Positions 9,392-20,166 of a stretch of DNA of 64,000 bases are shown piece after piece. This DNA is from Candidatus Woesearchaeota archaeon (GTDB lineage: Archaea; Nanobdellota; Nanobdellia; Woesearchaeales; JAHWIC01), in assembly GCA_019322805.1 (NCBI GenBank), contig JAHWIC010000002.1:2938-66937 (forward strand), in the 5' to 3' direction. The translations under genes and the position numbers were made by a program. Position 1 is the stretch's first letter; each line of letters starts with the position of its first letter. Below the pieces are notes generated by a model. It saw nothing but the letters and a program-made list of their open reading frames with translations, searched no databases and was not told the origin of the DNA.

Positions 9392-10414
9392 TTAAAGAAA
9401 CTCTTTATGATTAACTGGTTTTGAAATATGTTCCAAGCCTCTATTGATATCATCATTTCTGCAAAAATATGGACAATCTTTGAAATCAATGTTTTCAAAA
9501 ATCTCCCTTATTCTCGATGAATCCCAGATTTCTTTTAATGCACTTTTGTTTAAATCCCCCAATAGATATTTCTCTTTTTGCCTGTGGCTTAAGCATGCAA
9601 ACACCCTAAAATCTGCAGTAACCACTGTGTTAAAAAACATTCCATAGCATTTACGATAGGGTCTTTTTTCTTTATCATCAAATCTTTTATATTTATGAAT
9701 TGATGATATTACCTTAAAATTTCCATCTTCATAAAGCTCTTTTGCTTTTTTAAATTCTTTATCTACCTTGGTAAAATCTCCTGTAAAAGGCCTGATCTGG
9801 GCAAAATCAACTCCACATTCTTTACTTAACTTATAGAAATTAAGTATATCCGATTTTGTTAGCTCATTAGTCAAAAAGCCTGTACCAAAAGCAACATCTC
9901 TATTAAGTTCTTTTCTTAGCTTTGAGAACATTTTCATATTTTCAACCACTTTGAGAAATGCTTCCTCTTCCACTCCATGGGTTTTCTTATACATCTCTTT
10001 TGTTCCCGCATCAAGGCTTATCCTAAAATATGTGCAGCAATCAATTATTGCTCTTGCTTTAGCTTCATCAAGCGCAAAACCATTTGAATTAAGTCCTATT
10101 CTCAAGCCTTTGCTCTTGATGTAATAGAGGATTTTTATGAAATCCGGGTGCAAAAGCGGTTCTCCGCCGCCACTGATTATGATTGATTTTGCTTCAAAGA
10201 CATCAGTAAGTTCATCTGCGAGTTTCTTTACCTGTCCAAATGTAAGGGAAATTTTTTTGTCTTTTGCACTGGTGCAATAGGGGCATTTATTGTCGCAAAG
10301 GTTTGTCAGATCAAGCTCAACTGAGATTAATGTTTTGTGTTTATTAAAAAAATAATCCTGCTTATCACTATACTTAAATATTTTCTCAAATGCATTGAAT
10401 TTATTTATTTTCAT
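9392..10414 (-). CDS. Radical SAM enzyme (possible SPASM/twitch C-terminal domain)
   Basis: CDNKCPYC CxxxCxxC cluster near the N-terminus. A Cys-rich C-terminus (CYGMF...ACLSH...CPYFC) is also present. Confidence 0.7.
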   Translation of the reverse strand: MKINKFNAFEKIFKYSDKQDYFFNKHKTLISVELDLTNLCDNKCPYCTSAKDKKISLTFGQVKKLADELTDVFEAKSIIISGGGEPLLHPDFIKILYYIKSKGLRIGLNSNGFALDEAKARAIIDCCTYFRISLDAGTKEMYKKTHGVEEEAFLKVVENMKMFSKLRKELNRDVAFGTGFLTNELTKSDILNFYKLSKECGVDFAQIRPFTGDFTKVDKEFKKAKELYEDGNFKVISSIHKYKRFDDKEKRPYRKCYGMFFNTVVTADFRVFACLSHRQKEKYLLGDLNKSALKEIWDSSRIREIFENIDFKDCPYFCRNDDINRGLEHISKPVNHKEFL

Positions 10415-10422
10415 TTTTACAG

Positions 10423-11679
10423 CTATTGGCCTATTACTTTAAGTTTAGGAATGGCTATTATGTATTTACCGCCATTTTCTTTATATTCTTTTGTCTTTTC
10501 AATTATTTCTCCAGCGAAATTCCATGCCAAGATCAATAGGTAATCTGGTTTTTCCTTATCAATCCATTCGCAAGGAACTATTGGGATTCTTGTCCCAGGA
10601 TATAATTTTCCCTGTTTATCTTTTGTATCATCAACTATAAAATTTATATCTTCTTTATCCAGCCCACAATAATTAACAAACACATTACCTTTTGCTGCTG
10701 CACCATATCCAGCAACTTTTTTGCCCCCTGCCTTTATTTTAGTCAATTTCTTAATAAACCTTTCTTTGACAGATTTGGCTTTCTCTTCTAATTTTTTATA
10801 AGGTTTTATTGTATAGAGTTTTTCTTTCAGTTCAATCTCCAAAAATTTATCTATAATTTTTTGATTGGTTTTTATTCTTGTATTAGAATCTTTAATTGCA
10901 GTAATTCTTATGGTGCCGCCATGCATATCAAGCCCTGATAAATTGCATATCTTCATTTTATGCCTAAAAAAAAGTTTTATTAGAGGTTTAACTAAAAAAT
11001 ATGATAAATGCTCATGGTACATCGTATCAAATTCCTTATTTCTTATAAGCTCTCGCATATAAGGAACTTCTATGACAAAGATGCCATTATCTGATAAAAC
11101 TTCATATACAGCAGACACAAAGCTGTGTATATCATCTACATGTGCTAGAACATTAGTCGCTGTAATGACGTCTACTTTGCCTAATTCTTTTAACACCTCT
11201 TTGGCAGCAGTCATATTCCAAAAAGAATTTATAGTTTTAATTCCTTGAGCATTTGCTATTTTAGATAAATTCTTAGCAGGTTCAACTCCTATCACATCAT
11301 AACCCTGTGCTCTAAATTCTTTTAATAGGCATCCATCATTGCTTGCTATATCAAGACATTTTAGATTATTTTTATTCTTAAACAGGCTTTTTATATCTTT
11401 GGCCATCTGTGAAAAATGTTTTTGTAGGGTCTTTGATACAGATGAGTGATAGATATAATCTGAAAAAAGATGAGTTGGATTAACAACAACATTCAATTGT
11501 GAATTTGAACAATCATTACAGAACATAACTGCTAAAGGCATTTTATCTGCTTCTTTTTCTCCTGGAGCAACAAAAGAATTAACAAGCGGTATATTACCCA
11601 AATCAAAATACTTTATAAGATTCCTTGATCCGCATATTCTACATGTATCTCTGGATTTATATTTTGGTTTATTTTCCAT
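10423..11679 (-). CDS. Zn-ribbon plus class I SAM-dependent methyltransferase with C-methyltransferase C-terminal domain (TylCIII-like NDP-hexose C-methyltransferase family)
   Basis: N-terminal CRICGS...LGNIPLVNSF...CNDCSNSQL zinc-binding domain. A Methyltransf-like core follows (VIGVEPAKNLSKIANAQGIK). Confidence 0.55.
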   Translation of the reverse strand: MENKPKYKSRDTCRICGSRNLIKYFDLGNIPLVNSFVAPGEKEADKMPLAVMFCNDCSNSQLNVVVNPTHLFSDYIYHSSVSKTLQKHFSQMAKDIKSLFKNKNNLKCLDIASNDGCLLKEFRAQGYDVIGVEPAKNLSKIANAQGIKTINSFWNMTAAKEVLKELGKVDVITATNVLAHVDDIHSFVSAVYEVLSDNGIFVIEVPYMRELIRNKEFDTMYHEHLSYFLVKPLIKLFFRHKMKICNLSGLDMHGGTIRITAIKDSNTRIKTNQKIIDKFLEIELKEKLYTIKPYKKLEEKAKSVKERFIKKLTKIKAGGKKVAGYGAAAKGNVFVNYCGLDKEDINFIVDDTKDKQGKLYPGTRIPIVPCEWIDKEKPDYLLILAWNFAGEIIEKTKEYKENGGKYIIAIPKLKVIGQ

Positions 11680-11689
11680 TTGAATTAAC

Positions 11690-12751
11690 CTAGTTAAGTG
11701 CGTATTGCCGAATCGTTCTATTTAGCCATATCAATTCATCAAAAAAATCAGTATATTTTTTAGCTATTTTGCTTATATCAAAGTTCTTAAGAACATATCT
11801 CCTACCAGCTTTACCTATTTTTTCCCGCAACTTTGGGTTTTCTATTAATTTTTTTAAATAATTATACCAATCTTCATCTGTATAAGCAAAATATCCTGTT
11901 TTGCCATGCTTGATTACTAATTTATCAGCTGCTGATGGAGTGCAAACAACAGGCAACCCAGCTGCCCTATAGGTATTTACCTTAGCTGATGGTTTATTTC
12001 TTTGCTGAAATTCATCGTCAAGGGGTTTGATAGTTACAGCTATATCTGAGCTTGCAAGCATTTTCTCCCAATCAGAAAGTTTCCATTCCACATACTTTAT
12101 AATGCCTTCATCCTTAGATGGGGTATTGGTATGATAAATCATATTGATTTTGTGCTTAGTATTTTTAGATATCTTTTTAATGATCAGATTTAATTTATTC
12201 ATAAATTTCATATTTACAGCAAAACCGTCCCAAAGAATATTAATTGGCCCTTCTTTTCTGTAATCCTCTTTATGTTGATGGTTAATGATTGGAACTTCTA
12301 TTAGTCTAAAATTAGAATTATATTGTTGGATATCCTTTCCTTGAAGAGGATTCACTATTATTATCCCGTCCATTAATTTTATGAATGTAATCTCTTTATC
12401 TGGATTATCTTGAATATCGTAAATTAAGATTGTATTATTTTCTTTAAGTTGTTTAATTATTTTTTCACTTATATTGCAAAATTCTACCATAACAACAATA
12501 TCAAATTTAGATAAGTCATCACCATCAAAAAAGATATCACATACATATTTTTTGCTGCGTTTATTAATACCATTTACTATAGGATCTATTCTCCATTTTC
12601 TGACATACATATTATTTTCTGCACTTAAAACTGGTCCAAAACCAACCCTTGTTTTATTTGAAAAGACATTTCTTAATTTAAGTTCTAAAAGCCAGCTTAG
12701 TCTAACCAACGAAAATTTAGGGTGAATTTTGTATAGCAATTGACGCAACAT
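11690..12751 (-). CDS. Glycosyltransferase (GT1/GT4-like C-terminal domain)
   Basis: C-terminal YRAAGLPVVCTPSAADKLVIKHGKTGYF...NPKLREKIGKAGRRYVLKNFD matches the GT-B 'glycos_transf_1' domain. Confidence 0.55.
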   Translation of the reverse strand: MLRQLLYKIHPKFSLVRLSWLLELKLRNVFSNKTRVGFGPVLSAENNMYVRKWRIDPIVNGINKRSKKYVCDIFFDGDDLSKFDIVVMVEFCNISEKIIKQLKENNTILIYDIQDNPDKEITFIKLMDGIIIVNPLQGKDIQQYNSNFRLIEVPIINHQHKEDYRKEGPINILWDGFAVNMKFMNKLNLIIKKISKNTKHKINMIYHTNTPSKDEGIIKYVEWKLSDWEKMLASSDIAVTIKPLDDEFQQRNKPSAKVNTYRAAGLPVVCTPSAADKLVIKHGKTGYFAYTDEDWYNYLKKLIENPKLREKIGKAGRRYVLKNFDISKIAKKYTDFFDELIWLNRTIRQYALN

Positions 12752-12861
12752 TTTAATTCATTCCAGCAAGCACCTCATAGAAGTTAGCCTAAGAGGAATT
12801 ACCTTGCCCCCCCATAAACTTTGTGTTTGAGCAGACATTTAAATACTTTTCTCATGAAAAA

Positions 12862-13728
12862 TTAAGAAATACATAACGACGCAGCACCTAAAATACCTGC
12901 GTCTTCACCTAATTTGCTTCTAATAACTTTAACATTCTTGACTAATGCTCTCTTTTTAATTGTAGTATTCATTTCTTTACTAAAGAACTTCCACGCTTTT
13001 GCTATATTTCCGCCAATAACGATTGCATCTGGGTCAAAGATATTAGCAAAGTTTGCAACAGCAACACCAAGATAAAAGCCAGTATCCTGCCAAAGCTTGA
13101 GTGCTTTCTTGTTTCTTTGCTCTGCTAGCTCAAAAAGCTCTCTTGGATTCTTAATGTATAACCCTTTTACTCGATTTAATATTCCCCGTATAGAAACATA
13201 ATTCTCAACACAGCCGTTATTGCCGCACTTTGACTTTGGGCCATTAAAATTAATAGTTGTATGGCCTAGTTCAGCTGCGCTGCCTCTTCCATGATAGAGT
13301 TTTCCGTCGATAAGGATGCCAGAGCCAACACCTGTGCCAAGAGTTAAACCAATAACATTTTCTTTGTTTTTAGCAGCTCCATATTTGGTTTCAGCAAGAG
13401 TGAAACAGTTTGCGTCATTATCAACAAAAACAGGCTTTTTGAATTCTTTTTCTATTAATTTTTTGATATTCACATTCTTAAGAGGAAGATTCGGAGAATA
13501 TTTTACAATTCCATTCTTTGCATCAATCATGCCGGGGACTCCTAAGCCAATGCCAGCGATATTTTTGCTTGGAAAGCTCTCAATAATATCAACAACCTTC
13601 CTTAGAACTGCTTTTTGACCTTTTTTTGGCTCAGTCTTTGTTTTTATCTTTGATATTATCTTTCCATTACTGACTACAGCAGCTCTGATGTTTGTTCCCC
13701 CTACATCAACACCAATTATATGTTTCAT
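12862..13728 (-). CDS. ROK-family sugar kinase (glucokinase-like)
   Basis: MKHIIGVDVGGTNIRAAVV N-terminus with ROK zinc motif region CGNNGCVE. Confidence 0.8.
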   Translation of the reverse strand: MKHIIGVDVGGTNIRAAVVSNGKIISKIKTKTEPKKGQKAVLRKVVDIIESFPSKNIAGIGLGVPGMIDAKNGIVKYSPNLPLKNVNIKKLIEKEFKKPVFVDNDANCFTLAETKYGAAKNKENVIGLTLGTGVGSGILIDGKLYHGRGSAAELGHTTINFNGPKSKCGNNGCVENYVSIRGILNRVKGLYIKNPRELFELAEQRNKKALKLWQDTGFYLGVAVANFANIFDPDAIVIGGNIAKAWKFFSKEMNTTIKKRALVKNVKVIRSKLGEDAGILGAASLCIS

Positions 13729-13733
13729 CTTTT

Positions 13734-14867
13734 TTAGCGTTTCTCTACGAACTTCATAAATTTAACCCACTGTTTCTGGAACTTGAAATATTTAGGCACG
13801 TTTTTCTTCGCAAAAGTGTTTGCTTCAGTTAAGAAGAGCCTGGCATTGTCAAGACTTTGGTGAAATTCCTCTTTATCTCCTTTTTTTAAGCATTCCTTTG
13901 CATAATTTAGGCTGGTGGATATAGCCTTAAACTCTAAATCATCCTTAAGGAAGAACTTAGGATAGTCATCAAGGGATTCCAGTTTAAAATTATAGTATTT
14001 CATCTTTTCTCTCTGATAGATAAACCTGAATGCATCCCTTCTTATCTTAAGCCAGTAAGGAACATACTCTTTAGGAGGCAAATGCCTTACTACCATTTTA
14101 TTATCAAACATAAACTTATATCCAAAATGTTTTGCATTGAGCAATAGGTCCATATCTTCTCCTCTAGATATAAATGGGTCAAAAGGAACATTCTTATAAA
14201 GCCCTTTGTTAATTACCATATTGCCGCCTAAGGCCATACTAATCTCATGAAACCTTTTTTTAGACTCAATGTTGTTGAACAGCTTTCTCATGCGCCCTCT
14301 TTTCTGCCAATAGTCTTTCCACCTTGAGGGGTAATCTGGGGGCATGTAGGAACCATCCTTATCAATATAATAACCAGTCTTTGCAACAAGCGGCTTTCTG
14401 CCAAACTTTTTTCCAATGCCGTCTACAGCCAATTTAAAATAATCTTTCTCTTCTATAACCTCATCATCATCAAGGTGAATTAAGTTGTCTGCCCCCCACA
14501 TAGCGCCAATGATAAAACCCAGGTTCCTTATGCTTCCATAGTCCTCCAGGTTAATCTCACTCCTGAATAAAGGGGGCATCCTGCTGTCTCTTAACAAGGA
14601 TTTAACCTTTTTGTAGAATATGGTGTTAAAGAGATTGATATTCAATTCTGGGAATTTTTTTATGATCTCCCTGTTCTTTTTTATGACCTTTTTATAAATA
14701 GGTGTGGGGAATACGACAATATCCTCTCTTATTTTCAGTTTTCTTATACTTTCTAATAATCTTCCAAGAGTAGATTCCTTGTCTATCGGCGTCGGATGGT
14801 CAAAAATCTCACCTGTTCTTTTTGCTGGTAATGTCCAGTAGGTCGGTATAATGATCAGGTTTTTCAT
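13734..14867 (-). CDS. Divergent GT-A-fold glycosyltransferase-like protein (paralog A of 20167-21417)
   Basis: IIIPTYW beta-strand start with HLDDDEV DxD-like motif ~130 aa downstream. It is clearly paralogous to 20167..21417 (IPTYW..DHPTP..LDDDEV..GGNMV..RGE(D/N)MD). Confidence 0.45.
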   Translation of the reverse strand: MKNLIIIPTYWTLPAKRTGEIFDHPTPIDKESTLGRLLESIRKLKIREDIVVFPTPIYKKVIKKNREIIKKFPELNINLFNTIFYKKVKSLLRDSRMPPLFRSEINLEDYGSIRNLGFIIGAMWGADNLIHLDDDEVIEEKDYFKLAVDGIGKKFGRKPLVAKTGYYIDKDGSYMPPDYPSRWKDYWQKRGRMRKLFNNIESKKRFHEISMALGGNMVINKGLYKNVPFDPFISRGEDMDLLLNAKHFGYKFMFDNKMVVRHLPPKEYVPYWLKIRRDAFRFIYQREKMKYYNFKLESLDDYPKFFLKDDLEFKAISTSLNYAKECLKKGDKEEFHQSLDNARLFLTEANTFAKKNVPKYFKFQKQWVKFMKFVEKR

Positions 14868-14935
14868 TTTATACTACCCTAGAAGTTCTCGTATTTAAAC
14901 TTTTTTGATATAATAAGAATTAGCAGAACAAAGAT

Positions 14936-16381
14936 TTAATAAAATCTTTTATTCTCTATTGCTATTTTTAAAGCAGTGATTTGTGCGGGTTCTTCTGAGA
15001 TGACTATATCTTCAGGTGTGATTGCTGGCTCAAAGAGTCTAATCTGATTTTCAAGCCTAACTCTCACTATCTCATTTAAGATAACACTTCCTGTCAGACC
15101 AACGATAAATCTCTTATTATGCAAGCCAATATCCGTTGCTATGCGGCTTATATATGCTGCCATAGTCTTAGCTCCATCCAAGATTATTTTAAGAGCTGCT
15201 TTGTCGCCTTCTCTTGCTGCTATAAGAACATATTCTCCTAATTCAGGAATATCATTAACAGCCATGCCATGTGCTTGTGCAAGCACTACATTATGAGAAA
15301 TATTAGGCCCGATCCTAAATCCTACTTCAAAGAAATGGTTAATATCTATAAGTATCTCTTCAAATGTTCTTCCTCCTTCCTTGTAAAGTCTGAATAGCTT
15401 GCCTTTATCAAAAGCTTTCTTAGTGATTCTTGCTAATATTGACTTTGGATTTGTCTTTATAGCTCTTGCACCATGGTATGCGAGAAATCTGCCAGATAAG
15501 TGAACATTCTCAATTGTATTCAGATTCTTAGAAGCTTCGTATGTAAAGCACACTGCTTCTTTTTTAGTAAGAGGATTATGGCCGTAGGCAATATGCCCTG
15601 TTCCACCAATTAATATTACTCCGGGTCTTCCTTTTGTTGCAGCATACCAAGAAACAACATGGTCTGGCAAGAAAATCGCGTCTTTTACATGTTTTGGCAT
15701 GAATCTATAAGTATATTCTGTCATTAGTTCTTCGACTCTCCTATGAATCTCTTTACTTCTTATGACAATGCCAGCACCTATCCTCTCGAATTTTGCAGTC
15801 TTAAAGTTTATTCCTGCCTTCTCGCATGCTTGTTTGAGAGCTACTACAATGCTATCAAATGATCTTATAGCACCTACCCTGCCTGGGTCGCAAGGGCCTC
15901 CTCTTCCTATTCCAAGCACTTTTCCACCTGCTCTGCTTATTATTGCTACGGTTTTTGTGCCGCCACCATCAATTCCTGCATAGATACCTTCTCCTCTTGC
16001 AACTTTCTTTTCGTATTTTTTGAGGATCTTGCCAATATTTGCTTCTAGAATAATTATGTCTTTTAGAATAGCCTCTACTAATTCTGGTTGGGCACCCTTA
16101 TTTCTCTTAATAACAGCTAAAGCTTCTGTGCATCTCTTAGATATTGCTTGTAAGTCTTTAACTAGTTGTTCCTCTTGTTTGTTTATATCCATGCTCTGCC
16201 TGATATAATTATAACCCATTATTTTCCTACCCAGAGTTCTAAATAGTCTAATTGCACGATTGTAATCAAAAGAATGTTTAATCTCTTCTTGAGCTTTTTT
16301 TGCTTCTTCTATACAAAAATAACAAAATCTAACAGCACTATCAATATCCCTTGTCCTAAACTCAAATGGAGTTACATCCAT
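14936..16381 (-). CDS. BadF/BadG/BcrA/BcrD-type ATPase (N-acetylglucosamine kinase-like ASKHA fold) with N-terminal extension
   Basis: GIDGGGTKTVAIISRAGGKVLGIGRGGPCDP phosphate-1 motif plus C-terminal VGLTGSV. Confidence 0.65.
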   Translation of the reverse strand: MDVTPFEFRTRDIDSAVRFCYFCIEEAKKAQEEIKHSFDYNRAIRLFRTLGRKIMGYNYIRQSMDINKQEEQLVKDLQAISKRCTEALAVIKRNKGAQPELVEAILKDIIILEANIGKILKKYEKKVARGEGIYAGIDGGGTKTVAIISRAGGKVLGIGRGGPCDPGRVGAIRSFDSIVVALKQACEKAGINFKTAKFERIGAGIVIRSKEIHRRVEELMTEYTYRFMPKHVKDAIFLPDHVVSWYAATKGRPGVILIGGTGHIAYGHNPLTKKEAVCFTYEASKNLNTIENVHLSGRFLAYHGARAIKTNPKSILARITKKAFDKGKLFRLYKEGGRTFEEILIDINHFFEVGFRIGPNISHNVVLAQAHGMAVNDIPELGEYVLIAAREGDKAALKIILDGAKTMAAYISRIATDIGLHNKRFIVGLTGSVILNEIVRVRLENQIRLFEPAITPEDIVISEEPAQITALKIAIENKRFY

Positions 16382-16435
16382 ATTATCACCTTCTTTATCC
16401 TTTAACAGATTAGTATTTATTTCTTTCTTGTTTAT

Positions 16436-17923
16436 TCAAAGCTTTTCTGCAAAGCCTTTTGCTTCTTTTCTCCTTTTTAGCATCTCAGCAGCTAATGGTA
16501 AGTCTTCTGGTGCATCGTATCTAACGAGCCTAAATACATTAAATTCGTACATTGGTTTTCTTATATAGCGGGACATGAATTTAAATTCCCTCATCATTCT
16601 GCGCCTTTTTAAGAAGTTTAATGTTTCTTGTTCAAACATCTGCTTTAGGGCTATTTTCATAGCAACCGTTTGTTCAAGCAGTTCAATGAATTGTCCTCTT
16701 CTATCCGCTCTTTTGAACCTAGACCAGGTCCAGTCTTTTTCAGTCCAGCCTCTATTAACAGTCCTTATATCATGCATCATGCCTCTAATTTGTTCTTTAA
16801 CAGGTATATCTGTTCTCACTATAAAATCTCTTCCAGCAGGATCATCCATTGGATACATATGGATTGTTTCTGTATCTACAAATACAAGCCTTTTTCCATT
16901 CCAGCAAAAGTTAGCAGGCTTGAAATCCAGCATCCAATGCGTATTATGGATAATTGCCCTGTATGCATTATGTAACATCTGTCTATATAATGCCCGAATA
17001 AAACGTCTATTGCTGCTTTCTCTAATTAGTAAAGCCGCATTTTTTCCGATATGTTCCTGGTTCAAAACAGCTTGGTAATAGCCGGTTGGTCTTGCACCAG
17101 AAGGAGTCTTCTCCCACTGCTCAATTACATAGAGATCATTGTGGTCTGGAACACTCACTCCTGCTTCTTTTAGAAAAGCATAAAATCTCTTATTATTCTC
17201 TAGCCTTTTCTTAGCTTGTTCATAGCTCCATTTCCTACCCATTGTAAGCATTCCATACTTCTTAACAACTCTTATCCTTCCATCAATCCATGTCCAGGAG
17301 AATACTGTGCTTGCTCTACCTTTGCCTACTTTCTCTATCTTAACCCTTTCTTTTAGCGGCATCACTTGATTATAAATCTCTACTATGAGTTCTCTTTCTC
17401 CTTTAAAACCACTTAATCCATTATCAAAAAGGAGTTCTCCTTCTTGTCTTACGAGCCCCAGTAAAGGCTGTACTTCCTCTCTTTTGAATGCTGATTCAAA
17501 GGATTTATGCTCTTTAAACCATACTATCTCTTTAGCAACCACTGCAGCTAAAGCTCTTCTTACGCTAAATAATTCATTTATGTGTCCTTTTATTGACTCA
17601 GCTAAAGCTCTTTCTCCAACATCCTTCCTCTCAATATCACTTAACTCAGCAATCATCTCTCTATCTTTCCTGGAGTCTCTCTCATCAACCAAAAATTCAA
17701 ATTTATCAACTGATGTGAATATGCCTTTCATACGTTCAAAGATAGCTTCTGCTTTAGAAAGGTTCCTTCTGCTGCCAATCCTGCCAACAAAATCTCTCAA
17801 GAACTTTAACTTCCTTTGGTAAAAAGCAATAAACTCTTTTAGGTCCCTAAGCTCAGTTCCTACTTGCTTACTAATTCTTTCTATATCCTTTATCTGCCTA
17901 TCAGCCAATAAACTAGCAAACAT
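16436..17923 (-). CDS. Protein-kinase-like (PKL) fold phosphotransferase, uncharacterised
   Basis: HWMLDFKPANF resembles the catalytic loop (D.K..N) and VFVDTE is a DFG-like motif. No clear family assignment. Confidence 0.4.
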   Translation of the reverse strand: MFASLLADRQIKDIERISKQVGTELRDLKEFIAFYQRKLKFLRDFVGRIGSRRNLSKAEAIFERMKGIFTSVDKFEFLVDERDSRKDREMIAELSDIERKDVGERALAESIKGHINELFSVRRALAAVVAKEIVWFKEHKSFESAFKREEVQPLLGLVRQEGELLFDNGLSGFKGERELIVEIYNQVMPLKERVKIEKVGKGRASTVFSWTWIDGRIRVVKKYGMLTMGRKWSYEQAKKRLENNKRFYAFLKEAGVSVPDHNDLYVIEQWEKTPSGARPTGYYQAVLNQEHIGKNAALLIRESSNRRFIRALYRQMLHNAYRAIIHNTHWMLDFKPANFCWNGKRLVFVDTETIHMYPMDDPAGRDFIVRTDIPVKEQIRGMMHDIRTVNRGWTEKDWTWSRFKRADRRGQFIELLEQTVAMKIALKQMFEQETLNFLKRRRMMREFKFMSRYIRKPMYEFNVFRLVRYDAPEDLPLAAEMLKRRKEAKGFAEKL

Positions 17924-18035
17924 CTTAATATCATCCTGGGTATAATTATTATTTAAACCTTTCTAACAAATTTCTTCACTAATATCAAACAAAAAGCAAA
18001 ATTTATATATCAATTAACCGAGAGAAGACTATAAG

Positions 18036-20150
18036 ATGAAAAAGAGGGAACTCAAGGACTTAAACGGACAGTGGCTGTACTGCAAGACTAACTCGAGAAG
18101 AAAGTCTGACTGGAAGCCAATTAAGGTTCCTTCTAACTGGTATCTGCAGGGCTTAGACCACCATGGAAGGCTGTACTATAAAAGATATTTCTTAATGGAT
18201 AAGCTGAAGAAGGATAAAGCAGCATACATAAGGTTTCATGGTATTGATTATATTGCTGATATCTGGCTTAATGATGAGTATATCGGCCATCATGAGGGCT
18301 ATTTCCAGAGATTTGGATATAATATAACCCAATCTTTGAGGAGGAAGAATGAGCTTGTCGTAAGAGTAAACTCTCCAAAAGAATCTCCAAATGAATGGCC
18401 TGATAAGAAAAAGATAATCAAAGGCATATTTAGCCTGCATGACACAAGACCTGGCGGATGGGATCCAAAGCACGGGCAGGATAAAAATACAGGCGGAATC
18501 TGGAATAAAGTAGAGATAATTATTACAAGCAATATAGCAAGGATAAGGAGAGCGTATCTGTCAACAGTAAGTGCAAGCAAAAAAAGAGCAAACATAAATT
18601 GCGAAGTAAGGTTCTTCTCAAAAAATGAAGTAGAGTTTCAATTAAAGACTGTCTTTAAGCCGTTGAATTTCAAAGGGCGTGACATCAATTTTCCCCTGCA
18701 AACCATCAAGCAAAAAAGGGGATTCCATGTAACCTCTTTTAATCTTGAACTTAAGAATCCAAAACTTTGGTGGACTTGGGACCAGGGGTTTCCTTACATG
18801 TATAAGATTGAATTCCATGTTATCCATGAGGGAAGGGTAATTGATGTCTTAGAGAGAAAGTTTGGCATAAGAACATTCCAGGTAGACAAGCAGGAGCAAT
18901 GGTGGCTTAACAATAAGAGGGTTTTTCCAAGAGGAGTAAATTTCATACCAGAGCAATGGCTTTCCCAATATGAGTATGACCAGATAGAAAGGGACATCGC
19001 TTTGTTAAAGAAAGCAAATGTAAATGCTATAAGGATCCATGGACATATAAACAGGAGGGGGCTTTATGAAGCATGTGATAAAGAAGGAATCCTGATATAC
19101 CAGGACTTTCCGTTACAATGGGGGTACAGCAATACCCATAGCTTCATAAAAAGGGCCAGCAAGCAGGCAAAAGAGATGGTTCATCATCTGTATAATCACC
19201 CATCAATAGTCGTATGGTGCTGCCATAATGAGCCGTATCATACAACATCAAAGCTGGACAAGTCGGTCCATAGAGCTGTTGCACGAATGGACCATACAAG
19301 GCATGTTGTAGCAGGCTCTTTACTAACAGAGCATGCGTACCCTGGCTGGTATTATGGGCACTACAAGGAATTCTCAGGCATACCTGCCGGCCCATTAGTA
19401 ACTGAATTTGGTGCACAGGCACTGCCTAACGTGGAATCATTAAGAAAATTCATACCCAAGGAGGATTTATGGCCTCCAAACTGGAATCACTGGTCCTACC
19501 ATAACTTCAGATTCGAGCAGACATTTGAGGTTGCGAAGATAAAAAAGGGAAGAAGCCTTGCACAGTTTGTAAGAAACAGCCAGGATTATCAGGAAGAGCT
19601 CCTTAAATATGCAATAGAGACTATGCGAAGAGAAAAAGGGCGAAGAGTTACCGGCTTGTTTCAATTCATGTTCGTTGATTGCTGGCCGTCTATTTCCTGG
19701 TCTGTTGTTGATTATTACAGGCAGCCAAAAAAAGCATTCTATGCGCTACAGGCATCTTATGAGCCAATCCTAGTATCAATAAGGATAAAAAGGAGGCCAT
19801 TAGCTACATTCACATACAGGAATGATGTTGGCTGGACATATGTCTTATGGGACCCAAGGCAGGTTATCTGGATAACAAATGACACTTACAACAAATACAA
19901 GAATGCAAAGCTTGTCCTAAAGGTTGAAGATGAGAGCGGAAAAGGATACATTAGAAAAGTAATCAGCACAAACATACCAAGATATTCTTCTGCGCCAGTA
20001 TTAACACCTATAAGATTCAAACCAGTATTAAAGATAAAAGGAATTTTAGAGCCAGGAAGGTACATATTAAGGATGGGTATCTGGTACAGAAGAAAGAAGA
20101 TATCTAAAAACTATGAATATTTCAGAATAACAAAGAGGCAGGAGATATAA
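18036..20150 (+). CDS. Glycoside hydrolase family 2 (beta-mannosidase/beta-galactosidase-like)
   Basis: GH2 sugar-binding N-domain (WYLQGLDHHGRLYYKRYF) and TIM-barrel region NAIRIHGHINRRGLYEACDKEGILIYQDFPLQWGY. Confidence 0.75.
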   Translation: MKKRELKDLNGQWLYCKTNSRRKSDWKPIKVPSNWYLQGLDHHGRLYYKRYFLMDKLKKDKAAYIRFHGIDYIADIWLNDEYIGHHEGYFQRFGYNITQSLRRKNELVVRVNSPKESPNEWPDKKKIIKGIFSLHDTRPGGWDPKHGQDKNTGGIWNKVEIIITSNIARIRRAYLSTVSASKKRANINCEVRFFSKNEVEFQLKTVFKPLNFKGRDINFPLQTIKQKRGFHVTSFNLELKNPKLWWTWDQGFPYMYKIEFHVIHEGRVIDVLERKFGIRTFQVDKQEQWWLNNKRVFPRGVNFIPEQWLSQYEYDQIERDIALLKKANVNAIRIHGHINRRGLYEACDKEGILIYQDFPLQWGYSNTHSFIKRASKQAKEMVHHLYNHPSIVVWCCHNEPYHTTSKLDKSVHRAVARMDHTRHVVAGSLLTEHAYPGWYYGHYKEFSGIPAGPLVTEFGAQALPNVESLRKFIPKEDLWPPNWNHWSYHNFRFEQTFEVAKIKKGRSLAQFVRNSQDYQEELLKYAIETMRREKGRRVTGLFQFMFVDCWPSISWSVVDYYRQPKKAFYALQASYEPILVSIRIKRRPLATFTYRNDVGWTYVLWDPRQVIWITNDTYNKYKNAKLVLKVEDESGKGYIRKVISTNIPRYSSAPVLTPIRFKPVLKIKGILEPGRYILRMGIWYRRKKISKNYEYFRITKRQEI

Positions 20151-20166
20151 TGAGGAAATATAAAAA

